The notes beneath the pieces were generated by a model that saw nothing but the letters and a program-made list of their open reading frames with translations, did not search any database and was not told the origin of the DNA. A stretch of DNA of 64,000 nucleotides from an uncultured delta proteobacterium (GTDB lineage: Bacteria > Myxococcota > Myxococcia > Myxococcales > Myxococcaceae), in contig CAWCKH010000003.1 in NCBI GenBank assembly GCA_963796055.1, positions 64,001 through 128,000 on the forward strand, in the 5' to 3' direction. Positions 7,841 through 18,554 of the stretch are shown one piece after another (position 1 is the stretch's first letter; the number at the start of each line of letters is the position of its first letter). The position numbers and the translations under genes were made by a program.

Positions 7841-9363
7841 GACGACCGGGAAGTCTCGCCCGGTGCCACGGTCGGGTCCAGCCCACGCTCTCCCACCTCC
7901 AGCCGGCCCCGGTTCCACCGCGCGTGCACCCGCCAGGGACGTGTGGGAGCACGGCGGACCGCCTGCGCCAGCCCCTCCATCGCGCCCTCGGGGAGCACCC
8001 CCTCGCCCAGGGCCCGCGCCGCGAGGTGCCGCCGCAGCGCCTGGAGCGCGAAGAGCGCCTCGCCGAGGTCGGCCGCGAAGACGCCGCCCCGTCCTCCGGG
8101 CCCACGCGCGAGGCCGCGGGCCCAGGCGTCGAAGGCGAGCGCCATCGCCTGCTCGGGCGCGCCGCTGGCGTGCGCCTCGGCCCGCCCCCACGCCGACCAC
8201 GCGGCGTCGAGCGGCTGTCCGGCGGCGAACGCCGCGCGGAAGGCATCGGAGGCGACGAATCGCTCCAGCGCCGCCCGCGACGGGGCGAGGATGGGCCGCG
8301 ACAGCGGCCAGCGCGCATCGAGGGCCTCGGCAGTGACCGCGAGGCGCAGGCCCTGCTCGGCCCGAACACCCTCGGCATCCTCCATCGGCGGCAACCGCCC
8401 GTGCACCACGTCGAACCCGCGCCAGGCCGTGGGCGCGGCCTCCACCGGGAGCCCCGGGGCGGCCGAGCGGGGCGGCGGCACCGCCAGCGGAGCGCGCTCG
8501 GCCACGGGCTCGAGCATCGTGCGGAGCGTGGCCAGGGTCCGACGGGCGACCCCCGCCGGGTGCCCATCGCCCTCGAACACCAGCGCCCGCAGCGCGCGGC
8601 AGCGGGGGAGCACCTCGGCGAGGAGCCCCAGGACCTCGCTCCGGAGCGGCTGAGCGTGGTCGTCCATGTACACCCCCCTGCCCTCGGGGGTTCGGGTGAT
8701 GACCCCGCCGGCCACGTGGACCTCGATGACCGCCTCGAACGGGAAACCGTCCAGCCCGGTCTCCAGCGGCAGCCCGGACGCAAGCTGCGCGGCGACCAGG
8801 TGGCCCACGTCGAGCACCAGAGGGCAACCGGTGCGGGCGTGGAGCTGGCCCATGAAGTCCAGCACGTGCAGCGAACCTTGCCGGCGCACCACCACCGGGT
8901 TCTCGAGCGCGAGCGGGACCGAGAGCGCTTCCGCCACGTGGAGCGCATGCGCCGCCGCGACGTCGAGGCCGGCGCCGCTGAAGGCAGGCGGGAGGTACAG
9001 GTAGCCGGGGAGCGCCGTGCCGTGGACGTGCCACCAGGCGACGTCGTTCCCCACCCAGGGCGTGCCGACGGCGCGGGCGTGCGCATCGAGCGCAGCGAGC
9101 CGGTCCGGCGCCTCGAGCTCGGGCCCGGCGAGGTTCAGGTGCACGGGGTGGAAGAGCGCCGGCAGACGCTCACGAGCGGCCCACAGCGCCCCGAACAGGC
9201 CCGCGTCCCGGCGGGCCTCCTGGAGCGAGAGCGGCGCGCTGTACTCCACCAGGTCGAGCAGCCCCGGGTCGGCCGCGTGGAGCGCCCAGGGGTCGGGCTC
9301 CACCGCCGGGTCCAGGTTGCTGGACAGGCCGAGCCCGAGGAACGGCAGCGCACGTGTCTCCAC
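7837..9363 (-). CDS. DUF692 family multinuclear non-heme iron oxidative enzyme (MNIO) with C-terminal extension (508 aa)
   Basis: GLGL start, FHPVHLNL, LENP, LDVGH, IEVHVAGG, YMDDH, VFEGD motifs in DUF692 order; GTG at 9363, 11 bp after the permease stop. Confidence 0.8.
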   Translation of the reverse strand: METRALPFLGLGLSSNLDPAVEPDPWALHAADPGLLDLVEYSAPLSLQEARRDAGLFGALWAARERLPALFHPVHLNLAGPELEAPDRLAALDAHARAVGTPWVGNDVAWWHVHGTALPGYLYLPPAFSGAGLDVAAAHALHVAEALSVPLALENPVVVRRQGSLHVLDFMGQLHARTGCPLVLDVGHLVAAQLASGLPLETGLDGFPFEAVIEVHVAGGVITRTPEGRGVYMDDHAQPLRSEVLGLLAEVLPRCRALRALVFEGDGHPAGVARRTLATLRTMLEPVAERAPLAVPPPRSAAPGLPVEAAPTAWRGFDVVHGRLPPMEDAEGVRAEQGLRLAVTAEALDARWPLSRPILAPSRAALERFVASDAFRAAFAAGQPLDAAWSAWGRAEAHASGAPEQAMALAFDAWARGLARGPGGRGGVFAADLGEALFALQALRRHLAARALGEGVLPEGAMEGLAQAVRRAPTRPWRVHARWNRGRLEVGERGLDPTVAPGETSRSS

Positions 9364-9374
9364 GGCCCGGGAGC

Positions 9375-10625
9375 CTACTCGCTGCGCATCGCCTCCACCG
9401 GGTCCAGTGCCGCGGCCCGGGCCGCCGGGTAGATGCCGAACACCAGCCCCACCCCGCTGCTCATCGCCAGAGCCAGGGCGATGGCCCAGAGCGGCACGCT
9501 CATCGGGAAACCGAAGGCCCAGCGTCCCAGCGCGGTGAGCGACAGCCCGAGCAGCAAGCCCAGCATCCCCCCGAACAGCGAGAGCGTCACCGCCTCCAGC
9601 GCGAACTGCCCGAGGATGCGGCGCCGCTTCGCCCCCAGCGCCTTCCGGATGCCGATCTCCCGCGTCCGCTCGGTCACGCTCACCAGCATGATGTTGAGAA
9701 TCCCGATGCCTCCCACCACCAGCGACAGCAGGCAGATCCCGAAGCTCGCGGCGGTGATGACGTTGCTCAGGTTGTTGAAGGTGCGGGTCATCGACTCGTT
9801 GGTGTCGATCTCGAAGTTGTTCGGCGCCCCCGGCTTCACGTTCCGCTTCATCCGGAGCAGCGCGGTGACCTCGTCCTGGGCCCGCTGCAGCTGGGTGGGA
9901 TCGGCCGCCTGGACGTTCACCCGCATGCTGCGGTTGCGACCGAAGATGTCCAGCGCGTTGGGGAGGGGCAGGATCAGCATGCTGTCGGCGTTGAAAACCC
10001 CGAACATCTTCCCCCGCTTCTCCAGCACGCCCACCACCCGGAAGATGCGACCCCGGACCCGGATCTCCCTCCCCAGCGGGTCCTGGCCGGGAAAGAGTCG
10101 GTCGGCCACGTCGAGCCCGAGCACTGCCACCGGCCTCGCCTCCTCCACCTCGTTGGCGGAGAAGAAACGCCCGGTGGAGACCGCACGACCGCTGGTGTCG
10201 ATCCACTCTGCGGTGGAGCCGATCACGATGATGTTGGGAAGCGTCTCTGCCAGCGCACTGGAGATCTTGTTCGGTCCGAGCCAGGTGTGCGCCGAGGCGA
10301 GGACCACCGACGGACAGCCCTCGCGGACCGCGTTCAGCTCCCGAAGACCCACGTTGGGCCGGCGCTGGAATCGCCGCCAGTCGATCCGGCCGAAGTTGAT
10401 GCCCCCGGGCCACTTGGAGATGGTGAAGACGTTGGCCCCGAGCTGCGAGAGGTCGGCGGTCACCTTCGTCCGTAGCCCCTCGACCAGGGCCATCATGGTC
10501 ACCACCGTCGTCACCCCGATGACCACCCCGAGCAGGGTGAGCAGGGACCGGAGCGGGTTCGCCGCCAGGGTCCCCACTGCCAGACGGAGGTTGTCCAGGA
10601 AGGCGATGAACCGCGGCGTCTTCAT
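9375..10625 (-). CDS. ABC transporter permease, MacB/FtsX family (416 aa)
   Basis: LRSLLTLLGVVIGV N-terminus; VGGIGILNIMLVSVTERTREIGIRKALGA; YPAARAAALDPVEAMR. Confidence 0.95.
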   Translation of the reverse strand: MKTPRFIAFLDNLRLAVGTLAANPLRSLLTLLGVVIGVTTVVTMMALVEGLRTKVTADLSQLGANVFTISKWPGGINFGRIDWRRFQRRPNVGLRELNAVREGCPSVVLASAHTWLGPNKISSALAETLPNIIVIGSTAEWIDTSGRAVSTGRFFSANEVEEARPVAVLGLDVADRLFPGQDPLGREIRVRGRIFRVVGVLEKRGKMFGVFNADSMLILPLPNALDIFGRNRSMRVNVQAADPTQLQRAQDEVTALLRMKRNVKPGAPNNFEIDTNESMTRTFNNLSNVITAASFGICLLSLVVGGIGILNIMLVSVTERTREIGIRKALGAKRRRILGQFALEAVTLSLFGGMLGLLLGLSLTALGRWAFGFPMSVPLWAIALALAMSSGVGLVFGIYPAARAAALDPVEAMRSE

Positions 10626-11848
10626 TCGTACCGGAGAGCTTCCACCGGATCGAGCTGGGCGGCACGTACCGCCGGCCAGATGCCGAAGATGAGCCCCACC
10701 AGCGCCGCGAACCCCACGCCGCCCGCCACGGTCAGCGGCTGCACCGCCGCGGCCAGGGTGGTCACCGCGGAGACGAGCTTGGCCAGCCCGAGGCCGACCA
10801 CGGTCCCGATGACCCCTCCCACCGCCGAGACCAGCGAGGCCTCGAGGAGGAACTGGACGATCACCGTACGCCGGCGGGCCCCGAGCGCGCGGCGCAGTCC
10901 GATCTCCCGGGTTCGCTCCCGGACGCTGACCAGCATGATGTTCATGATCCCGATGCCGCCGACCAGAAGGGTGATCAGTCCCACCCCCAGGGCCACTCCA
11001 TAGAGCGCGCTGGTGAGCTTCTGGTAGGTGTCGGCCAGCTGCTGGGTCCGGTTGATGCTGAAGTCGTCGGGCGCGCCCGGCGGGACGCTCCGGACTCGGC
11101 GGAGGATGCCGGTGACCTCGTCCTCCGCTCGATCGAGGAGCTCCGGGTCGTCCACCGCGACGTCGATCTGGAACTCGCGCTTGCCGTAGACCGAGAGGAA
11201 GGTCTTGAAGGGCACCAGGGCGACCAGGTCCATGCTCTGGCCGAGGAGCTGTCCCTTCTTGGCGAGGACGCCGATCACCCGCCAGGGGCGGCTCTCCAGC
11301 CGCACCGTGCCCCCCACTGCGCTCCGTCCGGGGAAGAGCTGCTCGGCGACCTCGGATCCCAGCACCATCACCCGCTGCTCGGCGTCGCTGTCCGCGTCGG
11401 TGAGGAACCGGCCCTGCGGGACCTCGTAACCCCAGATCTTCTGGAAGTCGGCCAGGGTGCCGATCACGTCGACCTGGCTGACGCTCTGGTCGCCGGCGGT
11501 CAAATCCTTCGTGTCCTCGTTGAGCTCCGGGACCACCGCGCTCGCCAGCCGCGACTGGAGCGCCAGCGCCTGCATCTGGGCGAGGGTGATCTCCTTCCGG
11601 TTCCGGTACCGCCACCAGTCGCCCGCCACCACCCAGGGATGGCGGGCCACGTTCAGCGTCGCCGTGCCCAGCGACGAGAGCTGACGGGCGAAGGCTCCGT
11701 TCAGGCCCTGGATGATGCCCAGGATGGCCAGCAGCGTGGCCACGCCGATGCCCACCGCGCTGAGGGTGAGCGTCGTCCGGAGCCGGTTGACCCCCAGGGT
11801 GCGCAGGGCGATCCGCCCGCCCTCGACGAGATCGACCCGGAGGCTCAC
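10622..11848 (-). CDS. ABC transporter permease, MacB/FtsX family (408 aa)
   Basis: [47 protein letters not shown]; 4-bp overlaps at both ends. Confidence 0.95.
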   Translation of the reverse strand: MSLRVDLVEGGRIALRTLGVNRLRTTLTLSAVGIGVATLLAILGIIQGLNGAFARQLSSLGTATLNVARHPWVVAGDWWRYRNRKEITLAQMQALALQSRLASAVVPELNEDTKDLTAGDQSVSQVDVIGTLADFQKIWGYEVPQGRFLTDADSDAEQRVMVLGSEVAEQLFPGRSAVGGTVRLESRPWRVIGVLAKKGQLLGQSMDLVALVPFKTFLSVYGKREFQIDVAVDDPELLDRAEDEVTGILRRVRSVPPGAPDDFSINRTQQLADTYQKLTSALYGVALGVGLITLLVGGIGIMNIMLVSVRERTREIGLRRALGARRRTVIVQFLLEASLVSAVGGVIGTVVGLGLAKLVSAVTTLAAAVQPLTVAGGVGFAALVGLIFGIWPAVRAAQLDPVEALRYE

Positions 11849-12585
11849 GTGGCCGCGGCGCGCGCCCTCTCCGCTCGACCCTCCAGGGCCACCTCGGGCC
11901 CGGGTCCGTCGTTCACGATGAGCCCGTCGCTGATGCGGATGGCCCGCGGGCACCGCGCAGCCAGGGTGGCCTCGTGGGTGACCAGGCACAGGGTGTGGCC
12001 CGCCCGGTGGAGCTGCTCGAAGAGCCCGAAGATCTCCTGCCCGGTCGCCGAGTCGAGGTTGCCGGTGGGCTCGTCGGCCAGCAGGAGCGACGGCTCGGTC
12101 ACCAGCGCCCGGGCGATGGCCACCCGCTGCCGCTGGCCGCCGGACAGCTCGTTGGGCCGGTGGGTCACCCGGTTCGACAGGCCCACCTGGTCCAGCGCCG
12201 CCCGCGCCCGTTCGCGACGCTCCCTGGACCCGAGCCCACGGTAGATGAGCGGCAGCTCCACGTTGCCGAGGGCGCTCTCGCGCGGCAGCAGCTGGAAGGT
12301 CTGGAAGATGAAGCCGATCTCACGATTTCGGATGTCGGCCAGCTCGTTGTCGGACATGTGGCTCACGTCCTTGCCGTTGAGCCAGTACCGACCCGCGGTC
12401 GGGGTGTCCAGGCAGCCCAGGACGTTCATCAGGGTGCTCTTGCCCGAGCCGGACTGCCCGATGATCGCCACCCACTCGCCCTTCGACACCTGGAACGAGA
12501 CGCCGTTGAGCGCGTGCACCACCTCGGTGCCCACGTTGTAGTAGCGGCGGATGTCCTCGAGCCGGATGAGCATCTGCCTACCCAC
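11845..12585 (-). CDS. ABC transporter ATP-binding protein (MacB/LolD type)
   Basis: Walker [10 protein letters not shown], signature [29 protein letters not shown]. Confidence 0.97.
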   Translation of the reverse strand: MGRQMLIRLEDIRRYYNVGTEVVHALNGVSFQVSKGEWVAIIGQSGSGKSTLMNVLGCLDTPTAGRYWLNGKDVSHMSDNELADIRNREIGFIFQTFQLLPRESALGNVELPLIYRGLGSRERRERARAALDQVGLSNRVTHRPNELSGGQRQRVAIARALVTEPSLLLADEPTGNLDSATGQEIFGLFEQLHRAGHTLCLVTHEATLAARCPRAIRISDGLIVNDGPGPEVALEGRAERARAAAT

Positions 12586-13858
12586 GGACGGCGGTCTTGG
12601 TCCCCGGGGGCTCGGCCGGCTTGGGACCCTTGGGTGCGTTCTCCTTGAGCGGATCGCCGTCCTTCAGCTCCTTGCTCACCGTCCGGAACGGCCCCTCCAC
12701 CACCCGCTCGCCCTCCTTCAGCCCATCGAGCACCTCGAGGTCGGTGTCGGAGGCGATGCCGGTGCGCACCCGGCGAGCCCGGGCCTTGTTCTCGGCGTCG
12801 ACCACGAAGACGATCTTGGCCAGGGTCTCGCTGCGCCTCCTGGCGGCCAGCGAGGTCTCGCCCGGCGGCTGGGAGTCCGGCAGCGACTTGTCCGGGCGCA
12901 CGGTGACCGCCTGGATGGGGACGATGATGGCGTTGTCGTGGGTCTCGGCGGTGATGCGGACCTCGGAGCTCATCCCCGGGAGCACGCCCGGAGGCCGGGT
13001 CTCCAGCGCCACCTTCACCGGGAAGGTGGTGACCTCCGACTCGGTTCCCGGGTTCTTGATGGTGGCCTTCTGGGCGATCTCCACCACCGAGCCCTCGAAG
13101 CTCTGACCCTCGAGCGCATCCACCGACAGCTCGGCGTGCTGGCCGTTGCGGAGGTGCACCACCTCGTGCTCGCCGACCTCGATCTTCACCTCCATGCTGC
13201 TGAGCGCGGCCACCGTCATCACCGTGTCCTCCGAGAAGTCGGAGCCGCGAACCCGCTCGCCGATCTCCCGGGTGAGCTCGATGATCGTCCCGTCGATGGG
13301 CGAGGCCAGGGTCGTCCGGTTGAGGTTGGTCTGGGCCTGCTCGAGCACCGCGACCTGCCCGGCGTACTTCTGCTGGGCGGAGCTGAGGCGCGCAACGGCG
13401 CTGTCGTAATCGGCCTTCGCCTTGTCCACCTCGGCGCTGGAGGCCATCCCCCGTTTGGCCAGCCCCTGCACCCGCTCCAGCTCGAGCCGGGTCCGGTCCA
13501 CCTCCACCTGCGCCGTGGAGATGTCCGCCCTGGCCCCGCTCATGGCGGCCTGGGCCTGCTTCGCCGCGCCCACGAACGGCTTCGGGTCGATGCGCCCCAG
13601 CGTCTGGCCCTTCTTCACCTTGTCTCCCAGCTCCACCGGCCGCTCGACCAGGTCACCGGAGAGGTTCGAGGAAATCTTCACCGTGGTGGAGGCCTCCACC
13701 TTCCCCGCGCCGATGATCACCCGGCTGATGGTGCCCTTCTTCACCTTGGCGACCTGGACCTCGGTCGACGGAGGCGGCCTGTCCCGGAATCCGGCGATGG
13801 TGATCCCCACCACAGCGAGCAGCAGCAGTCCCGCGATCAACCCCTTCCACCACTTCAT
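12578..13858 (-). CDS. Efflux periplasmic adaptor (MacA-like membrane fusion protein, 426 aa)
   Basis: N-terminal TM, lipoyl-like halves ([20 protein letters not shown]), coiled hairpin, [23 protein letters not shown]. Confidence 0.93.
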   Translation of the reverse strand: MKWWKGLIAGLLLLAVVGITIAGFRDRPPPSTEVQVAKVKKGTISRVIIGAGKVEASTTVKISSNLSGDLVERPVELGDKVKKGQTLGRIDPKPFVGAAKQAQAAMSGARADISTAQVEVDRTRLELERVQGLAKRGMASSAEVDKAKADYDSAVARLSSAQQKYAGQVAVLEQAQTNLNRTTLASPIDGTIIELTREIGERVRGSDFSEDTVMTVAALSSMEVKIEVGEHEVVHLRNGQHAELSVDALEGQSFEGSVVEIAQKATIKNPGTESEVTTFPVKVALETRPPGVLPGMSSEVRITAETHDNAIIVPIQAVTVRPDKSLPDSQPPGETSLAARRRSETLAKIVFVVDAENKARARRVRTGIASDTDLEVLDGLKEGERVVEGPFRTVSKELKDGDPLKENAPKGPKPAEPPGTKTAVRG

Positions 13859-15213
13859 GGCGTCGCTCCGTTGCCGAGGGTCCCCATCGCCTTCTCCAGA
13901 CCCGCGCGCGCCACCTCGGCGTCGGACCGGGTCTGGATCAGGGTCTGATATGCCTGTGCGAGCTTCAGCTGGGCGTCGCGCACCTCGAGGGTGGACGAGG
14001 CGCCGGCCTTGAAGCGCTCCTGTGCGTAGTCGAGGTTCTGGGTGGCGGTGACGCGGTTCTGCTGGGCGACCTCGAGAGCCTTGAGCTGGGCTCCGAGCGA
14101 GTCCAGCGCCACCTTGACCTGCCCCTCCACGTCCCGCTCGTTCTGGGCGAGGTTGAGCTTGGCCTGGGCGAGCTGGGCCCGGGCCTGCTTGGTCTGGGCG
14201 TCGGTCTGGAAACCGTTGAAGAGGTCCCAGTTGAGGGTGATGGCGCCACTGACCGCGCTCTGCTTGCCGAACTCGGTGTAGACGGTGTCCGCCTCGGGGC
14301 CGGAGCGCAGCCACTGGAGCTGGAAGTTGATCCGCGGTGCCCACCCCGCTGCCTGGGACGTCTCGAAGGACTTGGCCGCCTTCACCTGCTCGCCCCACTG
14401 CACCAGGACCGGGCGATTGACCCGGGCGAGGTCCAGCCCCTGCTGGAGGGTGACCGGGGGCGGTGGGGGGGTGTCGGGCAGCGACGGGTCCGCCGCATCG
14501 AGCTCCTCTCCCTCCGGACGCCCAAGCCAGGCGGCCAGGTCGATCTGCGCCTGCGAGACCACCGCCCGCTGCTTCTCGACGTTGATCCGGTCGGTCCCGA
14601 GGTTGACCGCCGCGGCCAGTGCGTCTCCCTTCGTCCCGCGGCCGGCCTCGAACAGCGCCTGGGCCCGGTCGGCGAACTCCTGGCTCCGCTGGGCAGTGAC
14701 CTGCAGCACCACCAGCTGCTTCTGCGCGGTCCAGAGCACGTAGAAGCGGCGAATCGCCTCGTACTCGGAGGCGAGCACCTGCTCGGCGGCCGTGCCGCGG
14801 GCAGCGGCCTCGAGGTGACCGGACTGGGCGAGGACCTGGAATTTTCCCAGGTCGAAGAGCACCTGGTTCAAGGTCGCGCCGAGCTGGAACCGGTTGTAGG
14901 CGTAGTGCGGAAAGTCGGTCACCGCCTGGCGGTACGTGGGTTGGCCGTTGGCGTCCAGGACCGGAGTGCCCGCCGCGTCCAGAACCACCACCGTGCCGAT
15001 GTCCCGGTAGTCCTGCTGGATGGTCCGGCCGGCCTGCGCATTGAGGGCGATCTGGGGCAAGAGCGCCCCGGTGCTCACCCGCTTCTGCTCGCTGGCGCGC
15101 ACCCGGTCCAGCTCGCTCAGCAGCGCCTGGAGGTTGTTCCGCGACTCCTGGCGGACCTGCTCGAGGGTGATGGGGGTCGCAGCGAGCAGGGCGGAGAGAA
15201 CGAGCGCGTTCAT
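13855..15213 (-). CDS. TolC family outer membrane efflux protein (452 aa)
   Basis: Signal peptide; LNQVLFD and LNWDLFNG beta-strands; RFKAGASSTLEVRDAQ motif; ATGA overlaps. Confidence 0.92.
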   Translation of the reverse strand: MNALVLSALLAATPITLEQVRQESRNNLQALLSELDRVRASEQKRVSTGALLPQIALNAQAGRTIQQDYRDIGTVVVLDAAGTPVLDANGQPTYRQAVTDFPHYAYNRFQLGATLNQVLFDLGKFQVLAQSGHLEAAARGTAAEQVLASEYEAIRRFYVLWTAQKQLVVLQVTAQRSQEFADRAQALFEAGRGTKGDALAAAVNLGTDRINVEKQRAVVSQAQIDLAAWLGRPEGEELDAADPSLPDTPPPPPVTLQQGLDLARVNRPVLVQWGEQVKAAKSFETSQAAGWAPRINFQLQWLRSGPEADTVYTEFGKQSAVSGAITLNWDLFNGFQTDAQTKQARAQLAQAKLNLAQNERDVEGQVKVALDSLGAQLKALEVAQQNRVTATQNLDYAQERFKAGASSTLEVRDAQLKLAQAYQTLIQTRSDAEVARAGLEKAMGTLGNGATP

Positions 15214-15956
15214 CCCCCACCTCCCGGACCGCCGGGACCGGGCCCGTGGCCAGGACCTCCGCGAGGCATCACACCGGGCAGCCCGACGCCGAAGACGCCG
15301 ACGAAGGCCAGGAAGAGCCCCAGGCCCACCCACAGACCCGCACGCCGCCGCATGCCGGTGGCCGCGGCGAATCCCAGCCCGATGAGCAGCGCGGCGAGCA
15401 GGTGAAACAGGTCCAGCGCATCGAGTAGACGGACCAGCTTCGGTCCCCCGGTGTGGACCCAGGCCCCCACCGAGGAAGGCAGGAGGTGCCGTGCGCGCTC
15501 CTCGGTGATGCCCAGCTGCCAGAGCGCCACCACGCCCCAGAGCGCCCGCTGCAGCGCGACCGGGAGCATCCCCACGGCGGACGCGCTGAACAGTGCAGCG
15601 AACGGCGCCTTCTTTCCCAGGAGCCAGGCGACGAGCGCGAGCACCACGGCGATGCCGAGCACCACCAGCGGGGTGACGAAGACGCCGCTCGCAATGCCGG
15701 TGACGAGCTTCAGCCGCCCGGCGGTGGTGATCTGATCGGTCAGCTCGGCCTCGGGCATCCCCTTGAGCTGCCCGCTCATCTCCAGCTTCTGGAGAATGCC
15801 CGGGGCGGGGTCCCACCGAAGGGCGAACGCGGCGCCGGCGAAGGCGGTGGCTGCCATCAACGCCAGCAGTGGCCACAGGATGCGCCTGCCTTGCACGGCA
15901 GCGGCCACACCATCACCGGGGTCGGTCAGCGTTCGAGGAAGGGTGAGCGCGGTCAT
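15210..15956 (-). CDS. Yip1 family membrane protein
   Basis: LTDP N-terminus, about five TM helices, LDALDLFHL motif; first gene of the exporter operon, as in YknW-type systems. Confidence 0.75.
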   Translation of the reverse strand: MTALTLPRTLTDPGDGVAAAVQGRRILWPLLALMAATAFAGAAFALRWDPAPGILQKLEMSGQLKGMPEAELTDQITTAGRLKLVTGIASGVFVTPLVVLGIAVVLALVAWLLGKKAPFAALFSASAVGMLPVALQRALWGVVALWQLGITEERARHLLPSSVGAWVHTGGPKLVRLLDALDLFHLLAALLIGLGFAAATGMRRRAGLWVGLGLFLAFVGVFGVGLPGVMPRGGPGHGPGPGGPGGGG

Positions 15957-16136
15957 CGGGAAGTGCCCTGCTCTACGGCGGCTTCGGGCGGTGATTGCCG
16001 CAGAGTCCCGACAGTGGCGTACCCCCTGCCGTGAACCCAGCGCTTCCTGTCTGTAGCAGTTTATTTGCCGGCTCTCACACCCGGGGGTAGGTGTTCAAGG
16101 ATCCACCGCAATCCGCTCGGGCGGTCCGGGGAGGGC

Positions 16137-18551
16137 ATGGTCGACAGCAGCGACTTGGCGCTGGTGCTCTCGGAGGCGGATGACATCGCCCAGAGCGTCT
16201 CTCAGAAGCCCACCACGGCGCACGCGGTCCTGGCGCTGTTCACCGTGGACAACCCCGGGCAGCGACTCCTCAAGGAACGGGGAGTGGACGAGGACCGGCT
16301 CCTGGCGCTGGTGAAGGCGGCGCCCACCGAGCCCGACGGCACGCTCCGGGAGCTGCGCGACCGGGCACGGGAGATCGCCCGGGCCTGCGGCTCGCGAGAG
16401 GCGGACTGTCTGCACCTCCTCATCGCCGTCACACGTCTGCGATGCGCCGGTCACGAGCTGCTGGCCGGCACCGGGCTCGACCTCACCGCGGTGCGCAACA
16501 CTGCCCTCTCCTACTTCCTCAGCGGCCGGATGCCCCGGAAGTTCGGCCCGCGCGACGCCCGTTCCCCCGCCCGGCCGGCGCCTGCCCCTCCCCGCGCTGC
16601 GACCACGGTCGCCCTTCTGCCCGAGGGGTCACCCCGGGGGCTGGTGGACTCGGACGGCGAGGCGCTGGCCGCGTTCCCCTTCCCCGCGCCGGCTCCGGCG
16701 CCCGCGACCGCATCGCTTGCTGCGCCGGTCCTCCGGGTCGTCGCTCCCACCGACGGGCTCCCCTGGGAGCTCGACCCCGCCACCTTTCCATTGCTCGCCC
16801 AGCTCGGGCGCAACCTCACCGCGCTGGCCCGCGAGAGGCAGCTGGACCCGGTGGTGGGCCGCGCCCGGGAGATGGAGGAGGTCCTCGACGTCCTGGGCAA
16901 GCGCCGGACCAACAACCCCTGCCTGGTCGGCGAGCCCGGAGTGGGCAAGACGGCGGTGGTCGAGGGCGTGGCGCAGCGGCTGCTCTCGGCGCCGGGCGAT
17001 CTGGGCAAGAAGGTGGTGGTCGAGCTGTCCACCGCGGACCTCCTCGCCGGCACCTCCCTCCGGGGTTCACTGTCGGAGCGGCTCAACGGCCTGAAGGAGG
17101 AGATGCGCCGTGCCTCGGGCCGGGTGGTGGTGTTCCTGGACGAGATCCACACCCTGGTCGGCGCCGGGTCGACCGGCGAGGGGGCGCAGGACGCGGCCAA
17201 CGAGCTGAAGGGGGCGCTGGCCCGCGGCGAGTTCCCCTGCATCGGGGCGACGACCCACGACGAGTTCCGGCGCTTCATCCAGGCGGATCCGGCCCTGGAG
17301 CGCCGCTTCACCGCAGTGGTGGTGCGCGAGCCCACGGTGCCCGAGACCGTGGAGATCCTCTCCGGGCTCCTCGGCCGCTACGAGGAGCACCACCGGGTAC
17401 GCTACGCCCGCGCCGCGGTCGAGGCTGCGGCGTCGCTGGCCGCGCGGTACGTGACCGACCGGCACAACCCGGACAAGGCGGTGTCCCTGCTCGACCTCGC
17501 CGGGTCGCGGGTGGCGCGCGCCGGGCGGGACCGGGTGGAGGCCAGGGACGTGGCCGAGGTGGTGGCGCGCATCGCCGGGCTTCCAGTGGAGCGGCTCCTC
17601 ACCGGGGATGCGGCCCGGCTGCTCCGGCTCGAGGAGGAGCTGGGGACCCGCGTCGTCGGCCACGCCGCGGTGGTCGAACGGGTGGCGAAGGTGCTGCGGC
17701 GCAACTACGCGGGCTTCGCCAGCCGCCGCCCGCTGGGGAGCTTCCTCTTCCTCGGGCCCACCGGGGTGGGAAAGACCGAGCTGGCCCGTGCGCTGGCGGA
17801 CGTGCTGTTCGGCACCCGCGAGGCGCTGATCCGGCTGGACATGAGCGAGCTGTCCGAGTCGCACGCGACGTCCCGGCTCATCGGCGCGCCGGCGGGCTAC
17901 GTCGGGTACCAGGACGGTGGTCAGCTCACCGAGGCGGTGCGGCGACGGCCGAGCGCGGTGGTGCTGCTGGACGAGGTGGAGAAGGCCCACCGCGACGTGC
18001 TCATGCTGCTGCTCCAGCTGCTCGAGGAGGGCCGGCTCACCGACGGGAAGGGCCGACAGGTGGACTTCTCGAGCACGGTGGTGGTGCTCACCTCCAATCT
18101 GGGCGCGGAGGCCTTCGGACGCACGCGGGCACGGGTGGGCTTCGGCTCCGAATCGGCGGACGAGGGCGGCGCCTCCTCGGCGCTGACCGAGGCGCGGCGG
18201 GCGCTTCCCCCCGAGCTGTGGAACCGCATCGACGAGCGGCTGGTGTTCGGCGCGCTCGGGCGCGAGGAGCTGCGGAAGATCGCCCGCATGCTGCTGGAGG
18301 AGAGCAGCCGCCGTCTGGCCGAGGAGCGGGGCATCGCCTTCGCCGCGGGGGACGACGTGGTGGACGCGCTGGTCGACTCGGAGGACATGGATCCGCTCCT
18401 CGGCGCCAGGCCAGTGCGGCAGATCGTCCAGCGCTCCATCGAGGCGCCGCTCGCCGAGCACATCCTCGCCGGGAAGGTGGCCGCCGGGAGCCGGGTCCGG
18501 GTCCGGGTGGTGGGCGGACGCATCCGCTTCGGCGGCGACACCCTGGGCTGA
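16137..18551 (+). CDS. ATP-dependent Clp protease ATP-binding subunit (ClpA/ClpC type)
   Basis: Clp N-domain; NBD1 GEPGVGKT, FLDEIH; NBD2 GPTGVGKTE, LLDEVEKAH; VGF ClpP-docking-type loop; GARP; ATG at 16137 with GGGGAGG RBS. Confidence 0.93.
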   Translation: MVDSSDLALVLSEADDIAQSVSQKPTTAHAVLALFTVDNPGQRLLKERGVDEDRLLALVKAAPTEPDGTLRELRDRAREIARACGSREADCLHLLIAVTRLRCAGHELLAGTGLDLTAVRNTALSYFLSGRMPRKFGPRDARSPARPAPAPPRAATTVALLPEGSPRGLVDSDGEALAAFPFPAPAPAPATASLAAPVLRVVAPTDGLPWELDPATFPLLAQLGRNLTALARERQLDPVVGRAREMEEVLDVLGKRRTNNPCLVGEPGVGKTAVVEGVAQRLLSAPGDLGKKVVVELSTADLLAGTSLRGSLSERLNGLKEEMRRASGRVVVFLDEIHTLVGAGSTGEGAQDAANELKGALARGEFPCIGATTHDEFRRFIQADPALERRFTAVVVREPTVPETVEILSGLLGRYEEHHRVRYARAAVEAAASLAARYVTDRHNPDKAVSLLDLAGSRVARAGRDRVEARDVAEVVARIAGLPVERLLTGDAARLLRLEEELGTRVVGHAAVVERVAKVLRRNYAGFASRRPLGSFLFLGPTGVGKTELARALADVLFGTREALIRLDMSELSESHATSRLIGAPAGYVGYQDGGQLTEAVRRRPSAVVLLDEVEKAHRDVLMLLLQLLEEGRLTDGKGRQVDFSSTVVVLTSNLGAEAFGRTRARVGFGSESADEGGASSALTEARRALPPELWNRIDERLVFGALGREELRKIARMLLEESSRRLAEERGIAFAAGDDVVDALVDSEDMDPLLGARPVRQIVQRSIEAPLAEHILAGKVAAGSRVRVRVVGGRIRFGGDTLG

Positions 18552-18554
18552 GTC

